Origin: an uncultured Gemmatimonadales bacterium
Lineage (GTDB): Bacteria; Gemmatimonadota; Gemmatimonadetes; Gemmatimonadales; GWC2-71-9
NCBI GenBank assembly: GCA_963825055.1
Contig: CAWGSK010000008.1
Location: 1-64,000, forward strand
Length of the DNA: 64,000 bases
Direction of reading: 5' to 3'
The notes under the pieces are model-generated. The model had not been told where the DNA came from. It saw only the letters and a program-made list of their open reading frames with translations, and did not search any database. Shown here one piece after another: positions 36,469-46,824 of this stretch (positions are counted from its first letter, which is position 1; each line of letters starts with the position of its first letter). A program made the position numbers and the translations under genes.

Positions 36469-37254
36469 GTGCGTTTCTCCTGTGCGGCCCGCACCGACGT
36501 CGGGATCGTCCGGTCCGGGAATGAGGACAGCTACCTGATGCAGGCAGACCGCGGCCTGTTCATCGTGGCGGATGGCATGGGAGGGCACGCGGCGGGGGAG
36601 GTCGCGAGCGAGATGGCAGTCCAGACGGTTGCGGACACCCTGGGGACGCTCCGGGGGGTGGCGGACGAGGAAATGTCCGAGCGGCTCCGGAATGCGATCC
36701 GCTCCGCCAACGAGGCCATTTTCGGCCGGACGCTCACCGAACAGGACAAGCGGGGAATGGGGACCACGGTCACGGCCCTGGTGCTCCGCCCCAGGCGCTA
36801 CCTCATCGGGCAGGTGGGCGACAGCCGGGCCTACCTGCTTCGTGACGGGAGGATGCTACAGCTCACCAAGGACCATTCCTACGTGCAGGAACAGGTCGAT
36901 GCGGGCCTGCTCACCCAGGAGCAGGCCCGTGTGCATCCGTACAGCAACGTGATCACGCGGTGTGTCGGGGCAGGCGAGGACGTCATCCCCGATGTGTACT
37001 ATGGGTCGCTCCGGAAGGGCGACCTGCTGTTGCTCGCCTCCGATGGACTCACCGGCATGCTGGAGGACGAGCAGCTGACCAAGATCCTGGAGGGTGCCGG
37101 CGAGCCGCAGCAGTGGGTGGACCGGATGATCACCGAGGCCAACCGTCGCGGCGGCCTCGACAACATCACGGCGATCGTCATCCGGATCGACGCCGTGGAC
37201 TCACCGTCCGGCGAGCACCCCGCCGTTCCCGTCGGCGCCCGCCGCGGGGAGTGA
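36469..37254 (+). CDS. PP2C/Stp1 family Ser/Thr phosphatase
   Basis: 'NEDS', 'VADGMGGH', 'MGTT', 'GDSRAY', 'SDGL', 'DNIT'. Confidence 0.95.
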   Translation: MRFSCAARTDVGIVRSGNEDSYLMQADRGLFIVADGMGGHAAGEVASEMAVQTVADTLGTLRGVADEEMSERLRNAIRSANEAIFGRTLTEQDKRGMGTTVTALVLRPRRYLIGQVGDSRAYLLRDGRMLQLTKDHSYVQEQVDAGLLTQEQARVHPYSNVITRCVGAGEDVIPDVYYGSLRKGDLLLLASDGLTGMLEDEQLTKILEGAGEPQQWVDRMITEANRRGGLDNITAIVIRIDAVDSPSGEHPAVPVGARRGE

Positions 37255-38208
37255 ACTCCCGCCGCCGGCCGCCGCCAGCGCGCGGCCGGCCGGCACCAGG
37301 ACCGTCCGCAAGCGCTCCACCTGGTCGAAGAACGCCTCGCGGTCCACCGTCGCGACGGGATCGCCCGCGCCGGTCTCCACCTGTCTCGGATTCCTTGCCA
37401 CGCCGTTGACCCGGATCTCGAAGTGCAGATGCGGTCCGGTGGCGAGGCCCGTCTGCCCGACGAGGCCGATGCGCTGCCCCTGGGTGACGTGGCTTCCCTT
37501 GCGGATGCCCGGCGCGTAGGCACGCAGGTGCGCATACCGCGTGACCATGCCGTTCTCGTGCCGGATCTCGATCATATTGCCATAGCCCCCCGCCCGGCCG
37601 ATCCGCTGGATGACACCGTCGCCTGCCGCCATGACCGGCGTGCCTGAGGCGGCGGCGTAGTCGATGCCCTCATGCCGGCGCATGAGGCCGAGGATCGGGT
37701 GGTAACGGCCGGAACTGAAGGGTGAGCTGACGCGGCGGAACTGGAGCGGGACCCGGAGGAATGCCCGGCGCATGGAGACGCCGTCCTCGTCGTAGTAGGC
37801 CGTCCGGCCCTGCGAGTCGTCGAATTCGTAAGCGACGAAGGTCTTGTTCCCCAGCCGGATTTCGGCCGCGAGGAGGCGGCCATAGCGCACCTCCCCAAAG
37901 GGCAGCAGCAACCGCTCGAACACGATCCGGTAGGTTCCGCCGAGCTGCAGGTCGTGCGTAAAGTCCGTTTCCCACCGGAAGACGTCGGCCAGCTCCCACG
38001 CCATGTATTCGCGTTCCCGGCCGTTCAGGATGCTGTCGGGAATGGCCCGGGCCAGGGTGGCGTAGAGCGTGGGCTCGAACGCGCCCTGGATGCGAAGGGT
38101 CTGCGGGACCCAGTTCGCATCCGAGGCCCGTGCCTGTGGGGCCCACGGCCCCAGCAGGCACGGCAGCAGCACGAGCAACAGGCGGACCGACTTCCATATG
38201 CGGAGCAT
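37201..38208 (-). CDS. M23 family metallopeptidase (MepM-like)
   Basis: Signal peptide, 'HEGIDYAA', 'YAHL', 'TGPHLHFE'. Confidence 0.92.
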   Translation of the reverse strand: MLRIWKSVRLLLVLLPCLLGPWAPQARASDANWVPQTLRIQGAFEPTLYATLARAIPDSILNGREREYMAWELADVFRWETDFTHDLQLGGTYRIVFERLLLPFGEVRYGRLLAAEIRLGNKTFVAYEFDDSQGRTAYYDEDGVSMRRAFLRVPLQFRRVSSPFSSGRYHPILGLMRRHEGIDYAAASGTPVMAAGDGVIQRIGRAGGYGNMIEIRHENGMVTRYAHLRAYAPGIRKGSHVTQGQRIGLVGQTGLATGPHLHFEIRVNGVARNPRQVETGAGDPVATVDREAFFDQVERLRTVLVPAGRALAAAGGGSSLPAAGADGNGGVLAGR

Positions 38209-38289
38209 GGCGCTTCCCCGGAGACACGTTGGGCGGTCCGGGTGCCGGTACCGGCACCCGAAAACTGCGATTCCGGGTACTATAAGGAG

Positions 38290-38305
38290 GCAGGAGGCGT
38301 GCCAG
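38290..38305 (-). promoter_or_regulatory. sigma54 (-24/-12) promoter
   Basis: Minus strand CTGGCACGCCTCCTGC = GG-N10-GC with a TGGCACG core, about 80 bp upstream of the M23 ATG. Confidence 0.7.
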
Positions 38306-38329
38306 CAGAGACGCAATTCCATGCATAGC

Positions 38330-38362
38330 GCAATAATTTGCACGCATGGTGCAAATTATTGC
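38330..38362. promoter_or_regulatory. perfect 14-bp inverted repeat containing an NtrC-type box (TGCAC-N5-GTGCA)
   Basis: GCAATAATTTGCAC-GCATG-GTGCAAATTATTGC. Confidence 0.7.
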
Positions 38363-38480
38363 TGCTTAATGAATTACAATTGTTGATGACGTGGTGAAAT
38401 GTGCAAAAGTGGATGTTCTAGTTACAGGCCACTGATGGGCTCATGGAGGGTGCAGGGAACAGGCAATTTCCGGCTATGCC

Positions 38481-38939
38481 TCAGCCTCCGTAGATCCAGC
38501 CGGTGATCCCGCCATAGACCAGGTGGGCCAGCAGACTGCCGGCGAGCAGTTCGACGTTACCGCGGGAGAAGGGGCCTCCGCCCGTCAGGGGAAGGAAAGT
38601 CACCTGGGCGACGACGAACACCATCCCGCCGTAGACCAGTCCGCGCACCAGTGCAGCACCGGGCAGGCGCCGCACAAACCACCGGGCGTAGATCAGGGCC
38701 AGCAGGGCGCCGGTCGTAAAGTGAATGATCCAGCCGGCCGTGGGGCCGACCGGAAGGTGGGCGGAGGCGCTGCCCAGGGAGGTGCTCAGGATCTGCCCGA
38801 TGGCGATGCGGGGGAGCCCGACCGACGGTTCCACCAGCAGCAGGGCGGTCATGGCCGCGGTCCCGATCAGGCCCGCCGCGACGGCGCGGGCGGGGTTCAT
38901 GCCGCTTCCAGCGCGCCCGGGGCCCCGGGGGTCCGTCAT
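38481..38939 (-). CDS. small four-TM membrane protein with two intramembrane His
   Basis: 'AGLIGTAAMT', 'GWIIHF', 'LLAHLVYG'; ATGA-coupled to cytochrome c. Confidence 0.75.
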   Translation of the reverse strand: MTDPRGPGRAGSGMNPARAVAAGLIGTAAMTALLLVEPSVGLPRIAIGQILSTSLGSASAHLPVGPTAGWIIHFTTGALLALIYARWFVRRLPGAALVRGLVYGGMVFVVAQVTFLPLTGGGPFSRGNVELLAGSLLAHLVYGGITGWIYGG

Positions 38940-39334
38940 GGCCTGGCCTGCCCGTGGCTCACCGCGTACACGTACGCGGCGACGATGAAGACCTGCGACT
39001 CATTGATCCCCCCGGGGTGGGCCACCATGATCGTGCCGGGATTGCCGTGATCGATGCGCCCGAGGATGGCGGCGAAGGTGCCGTCGATGTGCTTCCAGTG
39101 CGGGCCGTCCAACCCGGGCGCGACCGGGCCGCCCTGCAGGTTGTTCCCGTGACAGGCGTAACACGTACCCTTGCCATGGAAAAGTTTCCGGCCCGCTTCG
39201 ATGATTGCAGGGGACATGAGCGCTGAATCCGGGGCTTCCCCGCGCCGTGTGGTATCCACGGCCTGGGCCCGGGCCTCGGCGGCACCGGCGGCCATCATAC
39301 CTGCCAGGAGGAACGCGACCCGCACTCCACGCAT
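38936..39334 (-). CDS. periplasmic monoheme cytochrome c
   Basis: Signal peptide, CYACH, distal Met in 'GTIMVAH'. Confidence 0.9.
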   Translation of the reverse strand: MRGVRVAFLLAGMMAAGAAEARAQAVDTTRRGEAPDSALMSPAIIEAGRKLFHGKGTCYACHGNNLQGGPVAPGLDGPHWKHIDGTFAAILGRIDHGNPGTIMVAHPGGINESQVFIVAAYVYAVSHGQARP

Positions 39335-39482
39335 CAGATGCACCATACACAGGGAATGCCAAAGGATACCCTGCCGAACCCGAGCGCACAATCACGGCCC
39401 CTCAGGAATCTTTCACACTGCATTCACGCCCGCTTCACGTAGCTCGCATATGTAGAAGCATCCCTGACCTCGGAGGCACCCC

Positions 39483-40862
39483 GTGCCCCGGTTCCATCGG
39501 CTGGTTCCCTTCCTCTGCCTGCTGCTCATCGCCCAACCGGCATCGGCCACTGACCGACTGCACGACCTCGCGCGCGCCTATGTCGCCGCCTTCACCGGGA
39601 CGGCTCATGCGGTCCCGAGCTACGCCCGGCAGACGGGGCTCGCCTGCAGTGCCTGCCACTACCAGTTCCTGACCCTGACACCCTTCGGGCGCCAGTTCAA
39701 GCTCGGCGGGTACACGTTCACGAACCAGGTTGTGCTGGGCGAACCGGACTCCACGAACGGGGGGCGCCTGGGCCTCAATCCGTTCTCCATGCTGTCCGCC
39801 ATGGCCACGGCGTCGGTGACGCACACCAGCGATGACCTCCCGGATACGCAGAACGACGCGGCCGAATTGCCCCAGGAACTCAGCGGATTCCTCGCCGGCC
39901 GGATCTCGCCCAAGATCGGGCTGTTCTCCCAGTTTACGTACGCGGGGCCCGACGGCGCCTTCGGCATCGACAATGTCGAGATCCGCTTCGCCGACATGGC
40001 CTCCCTGGGTGGGCGCGAAATGGCCTACGGCTTCACGCTCAACAACAATCCGGGCGTCCAGGACCCCTGGAATACGCTGCCGGCATGGGGCTTCCCCTTC
40101 ATTGGCTCCGAAATCGCCCCCGGTGGTGCGGCCGCCCCGATGATCGACGGCGGGCTTTCCCAGAATGTGCTGGGACTCGGCACCTACGCCCTCCTGGGGA
40201 ACCTGGTCTACGGCGAGGTGACGGTCTATCGCTCAGCCTTCCAGGGCGAAGCCGCCCCGTCATCGGCTACCGGTGCCATCAATGGGGTGGCGCCCTACTG
40301 GCGACTGGCCCTGCAGAAGCAGTGGGACCACAAGTACCTGATGGTCGGCACCGTCGGCCTCCATACCAGTCTCTTCCCGGGGACGCTGAGTGGCCCGCGT
40401 GACACCTACTCCGATGTGGGCGTTGATGCCCAGTTCGAGTCCGGTGTGGGGAGTGGCAATCTGGTGGTGCGGGGAAGCTGGATTCACGAGAACCAGACGC
40501 TCGACGCCACCTTTGCCGACGGTGGGTCGGCCAACCGCAAGAACACGCTGAAGAGCCTGCGGATCAATGCCAGCTACTACCCCCGCCAGTGGCTGGGCCT
40601 GACCGGAGGGTACTTCGACACGCGCGGGTCTGTGGATCCCGGGCTGTACGCGCCGGGGGACGTGGAAGGAAGCGCGAACGGTGATCCCCGGACGAGCGGG
40701 CTGATGGGGGAAGTGGACCTCAACCCGTGGGAAAACACGCGTATCGGCGTGCAGTATACCAGCTACTCCAGGTTCAACGGCGGGAAGAGCGACTATGACG
40801 GATTCGGCCGGAGTGCCTCCGGCAACAACACACTCTACGGATTCGTGTGGCTCGTGTTCTGA
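39483..40862 (+). CDS. Cyc2-like fused monoheme cytochrome c / outer-membrane beta-barrel
   Basis: 'AVPSYARQTGLACSACH....LTPFGRQFKLGGY' at the N-terminus, long beta-strand-rich body, terminal Phe. Confidence 0.8.
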   Translation: MPRFHRLVPFLCLLLIAQPASATDRLHDLARAYVAAFTGTAHAVPSYARQTGLACSACHYQFLTLTPFGRQFKLGGYTFTNQVVLGEPDSTNGGRLGLNPFSMLSAMATASVTHTSDDLPDTQNDAAELPQELSGFLAGRISPKIGLFSQFTYAGPDGAFGIDNVEIRFADMASLGGREMAYGFTLNNNPGVQDPWNTLPAWGFPFIGSEIAPGGAAAPMIDGGLSQNVLGLGTYALLGNLVYGEVTVYRSAFQGEAAPSSATGAINGVAPYWRLALQKQWDHKYLMVGTVGLHTSLFPGTLSGPRDTYSDVGVDAQFESGVGSGNLVVRGSWIHENQTLDATFADGGSANRKNTLKSLRINASYYPRQWLGLTGGYFDTRGSVDPGLYAPGDVEGSANGDPRTSGLMGEVDLNPWENTRIGVQYTSYSRFNGGKSDYDGFGRSASGNNTLYGFVWLVF

Positions 40863-40912
40863 CGTCCATCGGGTGAGTGGCGGGTCCGGGCGCATCCCGG
40901 ACCCGCCTCCCC

Positions 40913-42169
40913 TCACCCTCCCAGCGTGGCCCTGACCTCCACCTCCGTCATCAGGCCCCACTCCAGCAACGGCTCCACCGGCCGCTGCGGGGGTCTCGCC
41001 ACGAAGATCCGGAGCCGCCGTGCACTCCGGTACAGCTCGTCGGCGATACGCGGCAGGCCGAGCCGTCCCGCGCGACCTGCCTCGGTCAGGCGCTCGACGG
41101 TGCCGTTCCGGGTGCGGAGCGGGAGGTTGACCGACAGCATGTTGCTCCGCTCGGGATAGTCGATGAGCAGCTCGCCGGGCTCGAGCCCCACAGCCCGGGC
41201 GCAGGCGTCCTCCACCGCTTCCAGCAGGTCCGGGTCACTGGTCACCCAGGGCTGGATCCCCTCGGGCAGGTCGGCGGCGGGCAGGTCCAGCGCCCGTTTG
41301 TAGAGGGCCCGACGGGCAAGGGCATGGGCGAGTCCTGACGGGTCGTCCGACGCGAGCCGCTCGACCAGGCCGCCATCGGTGTATCCTGCGATCGCGCGCG
41401 TGTCCAGCGAGCCCGCCCGCACGGCACTCCGCACCGCCCGCTTGAACATGCAGGTGGCCGACCGTACGGCATGGTGCCAGTACACGTTCCGGTACATCTG
41501 ATACTTGGCGAACAGCAGGGATTCCAGCGCGCTCAATCCCTTCTCGTGAACGCCCACCTCGATCCGCCCGTCCAGCTCCACCAGCGTGAGCGCGGCCAGC
41601 AGCCGGTTCACGTCCACGGTCCCGTAGGGCACGCCGCACATCCTGGCGTCCCGGCTCAGGTATTCGATCTTGTCCAGATCCAGCGAACCGGAGATGAGCC
41701 CGGCCAGCGGGTTGTCACTCGTGCCCTTGATGAGGGTGCCCACCTGCGTCGCCAGCCCTGCAATCCCCGTCGCCTCGAGGGCGGCCGCGAGGTCCGGTTC
41801 GGCCAGCTTGGCCACGCCCAGGCCTTCATGGTTGGGGAACCCGGCCTCCTCCAGCGAGTGGGAGAAGGGGTAGTGCCCGATGTCGTGCAGCAGGGCGGCG
41901 AGCCGGACGGCGGTGCAGTCTTCCCCGCCGACGCGCGCCAGTTCCCCCCGCTCCCCCAGCGCACCGAGGGCGAGCCGGGTCAGGTGGTACGCGCCGAGTG
42001 CATGCTCGAAGCGGGTATGGGTGGCGCCGGGGTAGACCAGGAAGGCGTGGCCGAGCTGGCGGATGTAGCGGAGGCGCTGGACGGTCGGGGTGTCGAGCAC
42101 GCCCATGGCAAGGCGGTCGACGTGAATGTTGTCCCAGAGGGGATCGCGGATGACCTTGAAATCAACCAT
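40913..42169 (-). CDS. HD-domain phosphohydrolase (dNTPase/SAMHD1-like)
   Basis: 'QRLRYIRQLG...YPGATHTRFEH', 'LHDIGH.PFSH', 'D.DK.EYL.RD'. Confidence 0.92.
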   Translation of the reverse strand: MVDFKVIRDPLWDNIHVDRLAMGVLDTPTVQRLRYIRQLGHAFLVYPGATHTRFEHALGAYHLTRLALGALGERGELARVGGEDCTAVRLAALLHDIGHYPFSHSLEEAGFPNHEGLGVAKLAEPDLAAALEATGIAGLATQVGTLIKGTSDNPLAGLISGSLDLDKIEYLSRDARMCGVPYGTVDVNRLLAALTLVELDGRIEVGVHEKGLSALESLLFAKYQMYRNVYWHHAVRSATCMFKRAVRSAVRAGSLDTRAIAGYTDGGLVERLASDDPSGLAHALARRALYKRALDLPAADLPEGIQPWVTSDPDLLEAVEDACARAVGLEPGELLIDYPERSNMLSVNLPLRTRNGTVERLTEAGRAGRLGLPRIADELYRSARRLRIFVARPPQRPVEPLLEWGLMTEVEVRATLGG

Positions 42170-42246
42170 GACGGTGAACGGTAAGCGGTGAACGGTGAAC
42201 GGTGAACGGGTGGACGGGCCGTTCACCGCTCACCGTTGACGTTCAC
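42170..42246. repeat. inverted heptamer arrays (ACGGTGA)n ... (CCGTTCA)n
   Basis: Fills the whole pckA-HD gap; the pckA stop lies in a unit. Confidence 0.9.
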
Positions 42247-43844
42247 GCTGTCCCGGCTGGCCCGGCCTTCCGCACGCTGTCCGGTACTTCGCCTTCAAAC
42301 TTCTTGAAGTTGTCCCGGAACATGCCCGCCAGCTTCTGCGCCTGGGCATCGTACGCTGCCGGCTCGGCCCACGTGCTGCGTGGGTCAAGCAGTTGCGGGG
42401 GGACACCCGGCACCGCAGTCGGCACTTTCACCCCGAAGATGGGATCGGTGCGGTGTTCCGCGTCCTCCAGCGCGCCGGAGAGGGCCGCGGCGACCATGGC
42501 CCGCGTGAACGGGAGCTTGATCCGGCTCCCGGTGCCGTAGGGACCGCCCGTCCAGCCGGTGTTCACCAGCCAGACGTGGACGCCGTGCTGCTTGATTTTC
42601 TCGCCAAGCATCGTGGCATAGACGCCGGGATTGAGCGGGAGGAACGGCGCGCCGAAGCAGGCGCTGAAGGTTGCGGCCGGTTCGGTAACGCCCCGCTCGG
42701 TGCCGGCCACCTTGGCGGTGTAACCCGAGAGGAAGTGATACATCGCCTGGTCCGGCGTGAGCCGCGCGATTGGCGGCATCACCCCGAAGGCATCGGCGGT
42801 CAGGAACACGATGTTCCTCGGGTGCCCGCCCACGCCGTTCTCGACATGGTTCGGGATGGCATCAATGGGGTAGCTCGCCCGGGTGTTCTCCGTGATGGCC
42901 TGGCTGTCGAAATCCACCGTCCGGCGGGTCTCGTCCAGGTCGATGTTCTCGAGGATGGTCCCGAACTGCTGGGTCGCGGCGTAGATCTGGGGCTCGGTCT
43001 CCGGACTGAGTCTGATGACCTTGGCGTAGCAGCCACCCTCGAAGTTGAACACCCCGTGGTCGCTCCAGCCGTGCTCGTCATCACCGATAAGACGGCGCGT
43101 CGGGTCGGCGGAGAGCGTGGTCTTGCCGGTGCCGGAGAGCCCGAAGAAGACGGCGGTGTCCCCGTCCCCGCCGATGTTCGCGCTGCAGTGCATGGCCAGG
43201 ACGCCGCGCTTCGGGAGCAGGTAGTTGAGGACGGTGAAGATCGCCTTCTTCATCTCGCCGGCATAGCGCGTGCCGCCGATCAGCACCATGCGGCGCCCGA
43301 AGTGCAGCACGATGAACGTGCCGGTCTTCGTCCCGTGCACGGCCGGGTCGGCCTGGCACTCGGGGGCATGCAGCACGGTGAAGCCGGGCGCAAAACCGGG
43401 GAGGTCCTCTGCCGGTGGACGGATGAACATGTTCCGGACGAAGAGGGCCTGCCAGGCATTGGGCGTCACGAAACGCACCGGCAGCCGGTAGTCGGGGTCC
43501 GCGCCCCCGTAGAGATCCTGCAGGAAGACCTCCTGGCCGTCCAGGTGCTCCTGCACGAGCGCGAGGAGGGCGTCGAACTTCTCCTCCGGCAGCGCCGCGT
43601 TCTTCTCCCACCATATGTCCGCCTCGGACGACGCGTCCCGGACGACGAACTTGTCGTTGGGTGAGCGGCCGGTATGCGGCGTGGTCTCGACCGAAAGGGC
43701 GCCGCCCGTCACCAGGCGTCCCTCGTCGCGCCGGAGGGCGTGCTCGTAGAGGCGGGCCGCGTTCAGGTTCGGATGCACCTGGGCCGGCGTGAAGCCGAGT
43801 CCCGTGAGATTCGGGGCCGGCGGGGTGGCCGTGCGAGCGCTCAT
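42243..43844 (-). CDS. pckA: phosphoenolpyruvate carboxykinase (ATP)
   Basis: 'TGRSP.DK', 'YAGEMKK', '[11 protein letters not shown]', 'IGDDEHGW', 'NFEGGCYAK'. Confidence 0.97.
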   Translation of the reverse strand: MSARTATPPAPNLTGLGFTPAQVHPNLNAARLYEHALRRDEGRLVTGGALSVETTPHTGRSPNDKFVVRDASSEADIWWEKNAALPEEKFDALLALVQEHLDGQEVFLQDLYGGADPDYRLPVRFVTPNAWQALFVRNMFIRPPAEDLPGFAPGFTVLHAPECQADPAVHGTKTGTFIVLHFGRRMVLIGGTRYAGEMKKAIFTVLNYLLPKRGVLAMHCSANIGGDGDTAVFFGLSGTGKTTLSADPTRRLIGDDEHGWSDHGVFNFEGGCYAKVIRLSPETEPQIYAATQQFGTILENIDLDETRRTVDFDSQAITENTRASYPIDAIPNHVENGVGGHPRNIVFLTADAFGVMPPIARLTPDQAMYHFLSGYTAKVAGTERGVTEPAATFSACFGAPFLPLNPGVYATMLGEKIKQHGVHVWLVNTGWTGGPYGTGSRIKLPFTRAMVAAALSGALEDAEHRTDPIFGVKVPTAVPGVPPQLLDPRSTWAEPAAYDAQAQKLAGMFRDNFKKFEGEVPDSVRKAGPAGTA

Positions 43845-46153
43845 GGAGTCCTTCCGGTCGTGGGGCGGGCCGACCGCTCGCTGGGGGCCGCGGGCGCGCG
43901 CCGTGCGCGTTCCTGGGCGTCCACCGCGGCGATCACCGCCATGTTGACGATGTCATCGACGCTCGATCCCCGCTGCAGCACGTGGATCGGCGCGGCCATG
44001 CCGACGAGGATCGGCCCGATGGCCACGGCCCCGCCGAGGTCCCTCAGCAGCTTGTAGCTGATGTTCGCTGCATTGAGGTCGGGAAAGATCAATACGTTGG
44101 GCGCCTCCCGCAACCGCGTGAAGGGGTGGTGCCCCTTGAGGAGGTCCTTCACGACGGCGGTGTCGGCCTGCATTTCGCCATCAACGGACAGCTCGGGATG
44201 CCGCTCGTGCAGGATGCCGACCGCGGTGGAGACCCGGCGCGCGGCGTCGTTGCTGACCGAACCGAAGTTGGAGAAGCTGAGCAGCGCCACCTGCGGGTCC
44301 ACGCCGAGCTTGCGGACGAACGCGGCCGTTGCGCGGGCGATCTCGGCCAGTTCCTCGGCGGTCGGGTCGATATGGACGGTACAGTCCGCGAAGAACAGCG
44401 TGCGATCAGGGAAGATCATCATGTAGATGCCGGCCACCGTGAGGTTCCGGCTGGCGCCGGCGGCCTCGAGGGCCGGCCGGATGGCGTGGGGGTAGTGCTG
44501 TGCCTGTCCCACGACCAGCGCATCGGCATCGCCCCGGACCACCATCATGGCCCCGAAGTAGGCGGCGTCCGCCATGCGCCTCAGCGCTTCGGCGCGGGTG
44601 ACACCCTTCCGCTGGCGGCTGGTCCAGAGCGCCTCCGCGTACTCCGCCCGCAACGGGCTGGTTCGCGGATCAACGATCTCCAGGTCATCGAGCGGGACGT
44701 CCGCCTGCGCCGCCGAGGCCCGGATTCCCTCCACCGGCCCGAGAAGGACCGGCCGTACGATCTTCTCATCCGCGAGGATACGGGCGGCGCGCAGGACGCG
44801 GGCGTCGGCGGCGTCGCCCAGGGCCACGCGCTGGGGCAGGGCCGCGGCCCGGTTGCTCAGGCCGCGCATGATCTCGCGGCCCCGTCCCAGCCGGCTCTCC
44901 AGCGTGGTCCGGTACTCGGTCATGTCCAGCTCGATCCGCGCAACCCCGCTCGAGATGGCGGCCTGCGCCACCGCGGGGGCCACGTAGAGCAGCACGCGGG
45001 AATCGAACGGCTTCGGGATGAGGTAGTCCCGCCCGAAGCGCATGCTCTCGACCCCGTAGGCGTGCAGCACAGAATCGGGCACGTCCTCCCGCGCCAGTTC
45101 GGCGAGGGCGCGGGTGGCGGCCATCTTCATCTCCTCGTTGATCCCGCGGGCCCGTACGTCGAGCGCGCCGCGGAAGATGAACGGGAAGCCGAGGACGTTG
45201 TTGATCTGGTTCGGGTAGTCGCTCCGCCCGGTGGCGATGATGGCATCGGGCCGGACCGCGAGCGCGTCCTCCGGGAGTACCTCGGGGTCCGGATTCGCCA
45301 GGGCGAAGACGAGCGGGTCGCGCGCCATCTTCTTCAGGAGGTCCGCCCCGATGGCCCCGGCGACGGACAGTCCCACGAACACGTCCGCGCCGTCAAACGC
45401 CTCCTCAAGGGTCTTCGGGCCACCCTCGCGGGCGAACCGCGCCTTGAAGGCATCGAGGTCATCGCGGCCCGCGTGGATGGCGCCCTTGCGGTCGCACATG
45501 GTGACGTGTTCCCGCTTCACGCCGAGCCGCACATAGTGCTCGGCGGTGGCGATGGCCGCGGCACCCGCGCCCATGAAGACCACCCGCACCTCGTCCAGCT
45601 TCTTGTCGATCAGTTCGAGTGCATTGAGCAGCGCCGCGCCAGAGATGATGGCCGTCCCGTGCTGGTCGTCATGGAAAACGGGGATCTCCAGCTCCTCCCT
45701 GAGCCGGCGCTCGATCTCGAAGCAGGCAGGGGCGCTGATGTCCTCCAGGTTGATCCCGCCGACTGTCGGCTCCAGCATGCGGCAGAAGCGGATCACGTCC
45801 TCGGGGTCGGCGGCGTTGATCTCGAGGTCGAACACGTCGATGTCGGCGAATTTCTTGAAGAGAAGCCCCTTGCCCTCCATGACCGGCTTCCCCGCCAGCG
45901 GCCCGATGTTGCCGAGGCCGAGGACGGCGGTGCCGTTGCTCACCACGGCGACCAGGTTGCCCCGCGCCGTGTAGCGGTAGGCGAGTTCCGGGTCGTCCCT
46001 GATGGCCAGGCACGGCACGGCCACGCCCGGGCTGTAGGCCAGGGAAAGGTCCCGCTGGTTCTCGGTCGGTTTGGTGGGGACGACCTGGATCTTCCCCGGG
46101 CGCCCCTCCTCGTGGTAGCGCAGCGCCTCGTGGCGTTTGTCGGCGGCGCTCAT
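43841..46153 (-). CDS. maeB: NADP-dependent malic enzyme with PTA domain
   Basis: '[10 protein letters not shown]', 'KPVMEGK', 'FHDDQHGTA', 'TGRSDYPNQ', C-terminal 'DGEMQAD'. Confidence 0.96.
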   Translation of the reverse strand: MSAADKRHEALRYHEEGRPGKIQVVPTKPTENQRDLSLAYSPGVAVPCLAIRDDPELAYRYTARGNLVAVVSNGTAVLGLGNIGPLAGKPVMEGKGLLFKKFADIDVFDLEINAADPEDVIRFCRMLEPTVGGINLEDISAPACFEIERRLREELEIPVFHDDQHGTAIISGAALLNALELIDKKLDEVRVVFMGAGAAAIATAEHYVRLGVKREHVTMCDRKGAIHAGRDDLDAFKARFAREGGPKTLEEAFDGADVFVGLSVAGAIGADLLKKMARDPLVFALANPDPEVLPEDALAVRPDAIIATGRSDYPNQINNVLGFPFIFRGALDVRARGINEEMKMAATRALAELAREDVPDSVLHAYGVESMRFGRDYLIPKPFDSRVLLYVAPAVAQAAISSGVARIELDMTEYRTTLESRLGRGREIMRGLSNRAAALPQRVALGDAADARVLRAARILADEKIVRPVLLGPVEGIRASAAQADVPLDDLEIVDPRTSPLRAEYAEALWTSRQRKGVTRAEALRRMADAAYFGAMMVVRGDADALVVGQAQHYPHAIRPALEAAGASRNLTVAGIYMMIFPDRTLFFADCTVHIDPTAEELAEIARATAAFVRKLGVDPQVALLSFSNFGSVSNDAARRVSTAVGILHERHPELSVDGEMQADTAVVKDLLKGHHPFTRLREAPNVLIFPDLNAANISYKLLRDLGGAVAIGPILVGMAAPIHVLQRGSSVDDIVNMAVIAAVDAQERARRAPAAPSERSARPTTGRTP

Positions 46154-46824
46154 TATGGCCTGACCGCGACGATGTCGGGGTCGAGATGGTAGATGGCTTC
46201 CGCTGTGCGGATGTCGCGGGCGCTCAGCCGGTCCGTGACCGGGTTGGAGTACATCACGTCCGCGGGATCCCCGGTGTGCTGGATCAGGCCGATGGTGTGC
46301 CCGAGCTCGTGCGTGGCGGTCACGTCGAGGCAGGTGTCGAGGTCGCCCTGGCCGATGAAGCGGGGGCTCAGGTAGACCCGCATCGGCAGGGCGAGCTGGT
46401 TGCGCGTCGCCAGTGTGTCGATATCCGTGGCGCCCTGGCATTCCGGCAGGAGGGCGTGGTAGCGCATCGCGGGCGACGGTTTGACCGGCGGGGTCATGAG
46501 TCGCACGATCACGTCGGCCTGCGTCGAGTCCCCGACCACCGCCCCGTCCCACTCGCCGTAGAGGAAGGCGCCCCGCCAGGTCTCAATGGCGCTCTCCACG
46601 TGCGCCGGCAGGCCGAGCGAGTCCTCCACCCAGTAGCGCACCGGAAGCTGCTCCCGGGTCCAGCGGAAGGTCAGCGAGTCGATCCCGCTCGCCGAGGGGA
46701 TGAAGAGGCGCCACTCGTACGGGTTCACCCGGGACGGGCTGGAGAGCTCGCTGCAGGCGAGCCCCGCACCGGCCGCGAGGACCGCCATCAGGGTCGCTCG
46801 CCGGAAGAAGGTCGTGGCGGTCAT
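46153..46824 (-). CDS. matrixin-like (metzincin) lipoprotein
   Basis: 'GLAC' lipobox; [12 protein letters not shown] and Met-turn 'DVMY'. Confidence 0.8.
   Translation of the reverse strand: MTATTFFRRATLMAVLAAGAGLACSELSSPSRVNPYEWRLFIPSASGIDSLTFRWTREQLPVRYWVEDSLGLPAHVESAIETWRGAFLYGEWDGAVVGDSTQADVIVRLMTPPVKPSPAMRYHALLPECQGATDIDTLATRNQLALPMRVYLSPRFIGQGDLDTCLDVTATHELGHTIGLIQHTGDPADVMYSNPVTDRLSARDIRTAEAIYHLDPDIVAVRP

Noticed and set aside
39340..39480. Sigma54 promoter for the cytochrome genes (minus-strand TGGCAT)
   Set aside because: No GC at the -12 position.
43982..46192. Long antisense ORFs (also 33039-35060, 17553-19274, 58885-60393 and others)
   Set aside because: Shadow ORFs opposite well-supported genes, expected from high GC3.
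46154..46552. N-terminal extension of MaeB
   Set aside because: Overlaps the matrixin gene in another frame; MaeB homology starts at 46153.
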